Shown: in pieces, positions 62,201-64,000 of the stretch | Layout of the letters: each line of letters opens with the position of its first letter | How positions within the stretch are numbered: the first letter of the stretch is position 1 | Assembly: GCA_046045965.1 (NCBI GenBank) | Contig: JBJOKS010000007.1 | Span: 112,307-176,306 of the forward strand | DNA length: 64,000 nucleotides | DNA from: Cyanobacteriota bacterium | Lineage (GTDB): Bacteria > Cyanobacteriota > Cyanobacteriia > Cyanobacteriales > Nostocaceae | Direction of reading: 5' to 3' | Translations under genes and position numbers: made by a program | Notes under the pieces: model-generated | The model's input: only the letters and a program-made list of their open reading frames with translations | Databases searched by the model: none | What the model was told of the DNA's origin: nothing

Positions 62201-63557
62201 TGCTTGTAACATTCGACAAAACAACAGCAATACTGATGAATTAGCTATTTTCTTCCACACATCAACTACAGAAGACAGTCAATTATCCCAATTAGTCAAA
62301 CAAATCCGGGGAAAAGTAACTCAAACCCTGGGCATAAATCCGAATTATATAATTCCTCTTGATCAAGAGGCAATTCCTAGAACTTTAACTGGGAAAATTC
62401 AACGCTTGCAACTCAAACAGCGTTTAGAAAATGGTGAATTTAATACCATAATTGAACGAATTGATGCACTGAACCAAAAAACATTAGAACATACTTATGT
62501 CTCTCCTCGCAATGAATTAGAACGCCAACTAACTCAGATTTGGGAAAACGTTTTGGGAGTCCAACCGATTGGAATTTATAATAATTTCTTCGACTTGGGA
62601 GGACAATCTCTGTTAGCAGTTACACTGTTGGCGGAAATTGAAAAAACTTTTCAGAAAAATTTACCTTTAGATGCTCTGTTTCAAGCCCCAACCGTTGCCA
62701 AACTAGCAAATATTTTATCTCAACAGGAATGGTCTTCATCTTGGTACTCATTAGTGCCGATTCAACCCATAGGTGATAAAATACCCTTGTTCGCTATTCA
62801 TCTTCTTGGTGAAGGTTTAAGTTTTTACCGACCTTTAGCAAATTATCTGGGTTTGAGACAACCAATTTATGGGTTAAGTTATGGATTAGCAGCAAAAACA
62901 GCGAATGACAAAGAAGTTTCTCTACCTCCTACTAAAGATTTAGCTGCTCACTACATTAAAGAAATGCAAGCCTGTCAGCCCCAAGGACCTTATATACTAT
63001 TGGGTGTGTCTAATGGAGGAAATGTAGCCTTTGAAATGGCAAAACAACTTCATGCACAAGGTGAAATAGTTGCCAAATTAATTTTGTTTGATACCGTACA
63101 TCCAAATGTTAAGTTTCCCCCAAACTGGAACAAGATGTCTAGTTTACAAAAATTCACTTTAGATTTGATCCGACACATTAATATTCATTGGGGAAATATT
63201 TTATTATTAGAATCTAAAGAGAGGCTACCTTACTTCCTAGAAAAAGTAAAAATTTTATTAACTAAGTGGCTACCCCAAGTTCCTCAAAAATTATCTATAT
63301 CTAATGTTAATAAAAAGCAAGAAAAAATAAATTCTCCATCTGTACATCCTCAACCCTATATACCAGATTCATATCCGGGTAAAATAACTCTTTTTAAAGC
63401 TAAACATACACCTATAACATCTTCTGATCCTACAAATGGATGGGAAGGTGTAGCTGAAGAAGGGCTTGAGATTTATAATATTCATGGCGCTCATAGTAAG
63501 ATTCTCTCAGAACCTAGTGTACGCATCTTAGCTGAAAAAATGAAGACTTGTCTATAA
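59238..63557 (+). CDS. HExxH-domain (aKG-HExxH-like) / adenylation / carrier / thioesterase fusion protein
   Basis: IHEFHHNRL...YYSPWRFDLRPLRGIFHA; TSSGTTGNPK, YGLSET, TGDLG, PRTLTGKIQR; FFDLGGQSL; GVSNGG...GAH. True start may be ATG 59265 or 59289. Confidence 0.88.
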   Translation: MYKFYRANVMSIHPDIDMKIGEQQDKIGQSSFFWTDTKLFDDRQKQNINTLIAIEQVLMRHPKFEGYQEDIAEIQEFLEIYHQIATEASEKFTLIWSDPFAYHWCQLAFDLVTATLTKKSLPLVTQEYCQAIQQKTPIQALITHLNQFKLFAVAYGFLSQQSYQFKTPLTCHLPLAIPGTSLYLEGKGKIEIYGINSEKLELLVTNNQQPLALIPNATLTEDNLQVGQCPTIQLPSRELRFQPYCFNSPAFPDGQAVVEAGMTYQGQYVTLVKEGLTLIEQYHPQTFEQLHYFMQLLALKPVNIGTFTNLSSSDFSGALICSVIENPYRLADNFIHEFHHNRLFLIEQNNPLLLESVEDGKANNLYYSPWRFDLRPLRGIFHAIYVYTPVAQFWLNVYRANPTGELLDFTKSQLIKIPLQLQIGLEQLRKYAKFTPVGQDLFHELEKQLAQIKQDIAQLQIPLDVPDLDFQPNGSFIYNLRAGTAQFLTVKEAILNHIKGFDYFEQIDIQLQTSLGLEQFSHNRIEEKAPAIAYGERLTGDFEVVSSLAETLKQKIDRFGDSKLIDLKENQGLTRTYGDLWQQSTTLLSYLQAQGLSPGDLIIIHFEYCHDFVAAVWSCFLGGFVPVPVAISPYSSHVSAQNTKLQQVWQALDHPVILTTKDLTSKINNILKDSTPNLLTIEKSPEFSPSQNFHSHQPEDLALLLTSSGTTGNPKLISFDAVTVLSQFLSENQKSQFSDCFLTWIPFDNASGFGIVNPTPGKTLYLPAEHFFGKPILWLDIVDQYKVKKSVLTNFAMTKITEQIQQISQPDWDLTSIQTIGLGAEKIVPQTCRSFLQTLQPLGLASDVLNVAYGLSETGVVASNREWITMGYDQRNEQFVQIGQPLPGCGIRIVDDENNLLNEGEVGHIQIWGVNRTGVYYNNPRLNRTLFTEDGWLNTGDLGFLNRNYLTVTGREKEIVIINGKNYSCQEIELVVEAVGGVQPSYTIACNIRQNNSNTDELAIFFHTSTTEDSQLSQLVKQIRGKVTQTLGINPNYIIPLDQEAIPRTLTGKIQRLQLKQRLENGEFNTIIERIDALNQKTLEHTYVSPRNELERQLTQIWENVLGVQPIGIYNNFFDLGGQSLLAVTLLAEIEKTFQKNLPLDALFQAPTVAKLANILSQQEWSSSWYSLVPIQPIGDKIPLFAIHLLGEGLSFYRPLANYLGLRQPIYGLSYGLAAKTANDKEVSLPPTKDLAAHYIKEMQACQPQGPYILLGVSNGGNVAFEMAKQLHAQGEIVAKLILFDTVHPNVKFPPNWNKMSSLQKFTLDLIRHINIHWGNILLLESKERLPYFLEKVKILLTKWLPQVPQKLSISNVNKKQEKINSPSVHPQPYIPDSYPGKITLFKAKHTPITSSDPTNGWEGVAEEGLEIYNIHGAHSKILSEPSVRILAEKMKTCL

Positions 63558-63566
63558 AACCCAGAA

Positions 63567-63845
63567 GCTAAATGGGAAAAAATCATAGGTGTAAATATTA
63601 ACTAATGGGGAATAAAAACCATGAAAACAAAATAGGGAACTTGCAATATACAAGCTAAACGCATTTGGTTAAATTTAGAACTCGCAAAAAAACCTATTCA
63701 TTGCTTAGAATATTTAATAGTCCATGAAATTACCCACCTGTTAGAACGCACCCATAACGCTAAATTTCAAGCTTTAATGGATCAACTTCTACCAAAGTGG
63801 TGAGAATATAAAAAAGAATTAAATAATTTGTTACCAAAAACGTAA
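63567..63845 (+). pseudogene. M48/YgjP(DUF45)-like metallohydrolase, 3' remnant
   Basis: KWEKIIGV...MKTK*GTCN...RIWLNLELAKKP.HCLEYLIVHEITHLLER; three in-frame stops and one frameshift. Confidence 0.85.
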
Positions 63846-63980
63846 CCAAACCAAACTTGTATTTAGACAATGCCAAACTATCAATAGGGGTTGAATCTCC
63901 CACATATCTTAGTAACTGTTAACTGTTAAAAGTTGACCGTAGATATTAATTGATTGATTTTTTTGAGGAGTGTACATCTC

Positions 63981-64000
63981 ATGTCTAAAAACACCTTATC
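63981..64000 (+). CDS. Probable start of the next gene (partial)
   Basis: GAGGAG RBS followed by ATG at the window edge. Confidence 0.4.

Noticed and set aside
63722..63740. Second HExxH motif (HEITH) as part of the RiPP-like system
   Set aside because: It belongs to the decayed M48/YgjP-like pseudogene, an unrelated family.
63560..64000. attR duplication of the tRNA-Ala 3' end, or an integrase
   Set aside because: Neither was seen in the window, so the island cannot be called an integrative element.

Overview
AT-rich chromosomal segment of a heterocyst-forming (Nostocales-type) cyanobacterium, judged from frequent HIP1 octamers (GCGATCGC), STRR-type heptamer repeats and gene content. Most of it is housekeeping: a Cph2-like c-di-GMP photoreceptor, tatC, Slt, UbiH-like hydroxylase, trmFO, hrcA, cysE, recQ, aas, pdhC, rtcB, tRNA-Arg(CCG) and tRNA-Ala(CGC). 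Small accessory islets and gene scars lie between these. The class II ribonucleotide reductase nrdJ carries three LAGLIDADG inteins. The most notable region lies just downstream of tRNA-Ala, where only the decayed ends of a type I restriction-modification locus remain (hsdM 5' end, M48/YgjP-like 3' end). Between them sit an unannotated 52-aa precursor-like ORF and a 1439-aa protein that fuses a RiPP-type HExxH domain to a condensation-less adenylation-carrier-thioesterase module, a candidate RiPP/NRPS-like hybrid system. All calls come from reading motifs by eye; no database searches were run.
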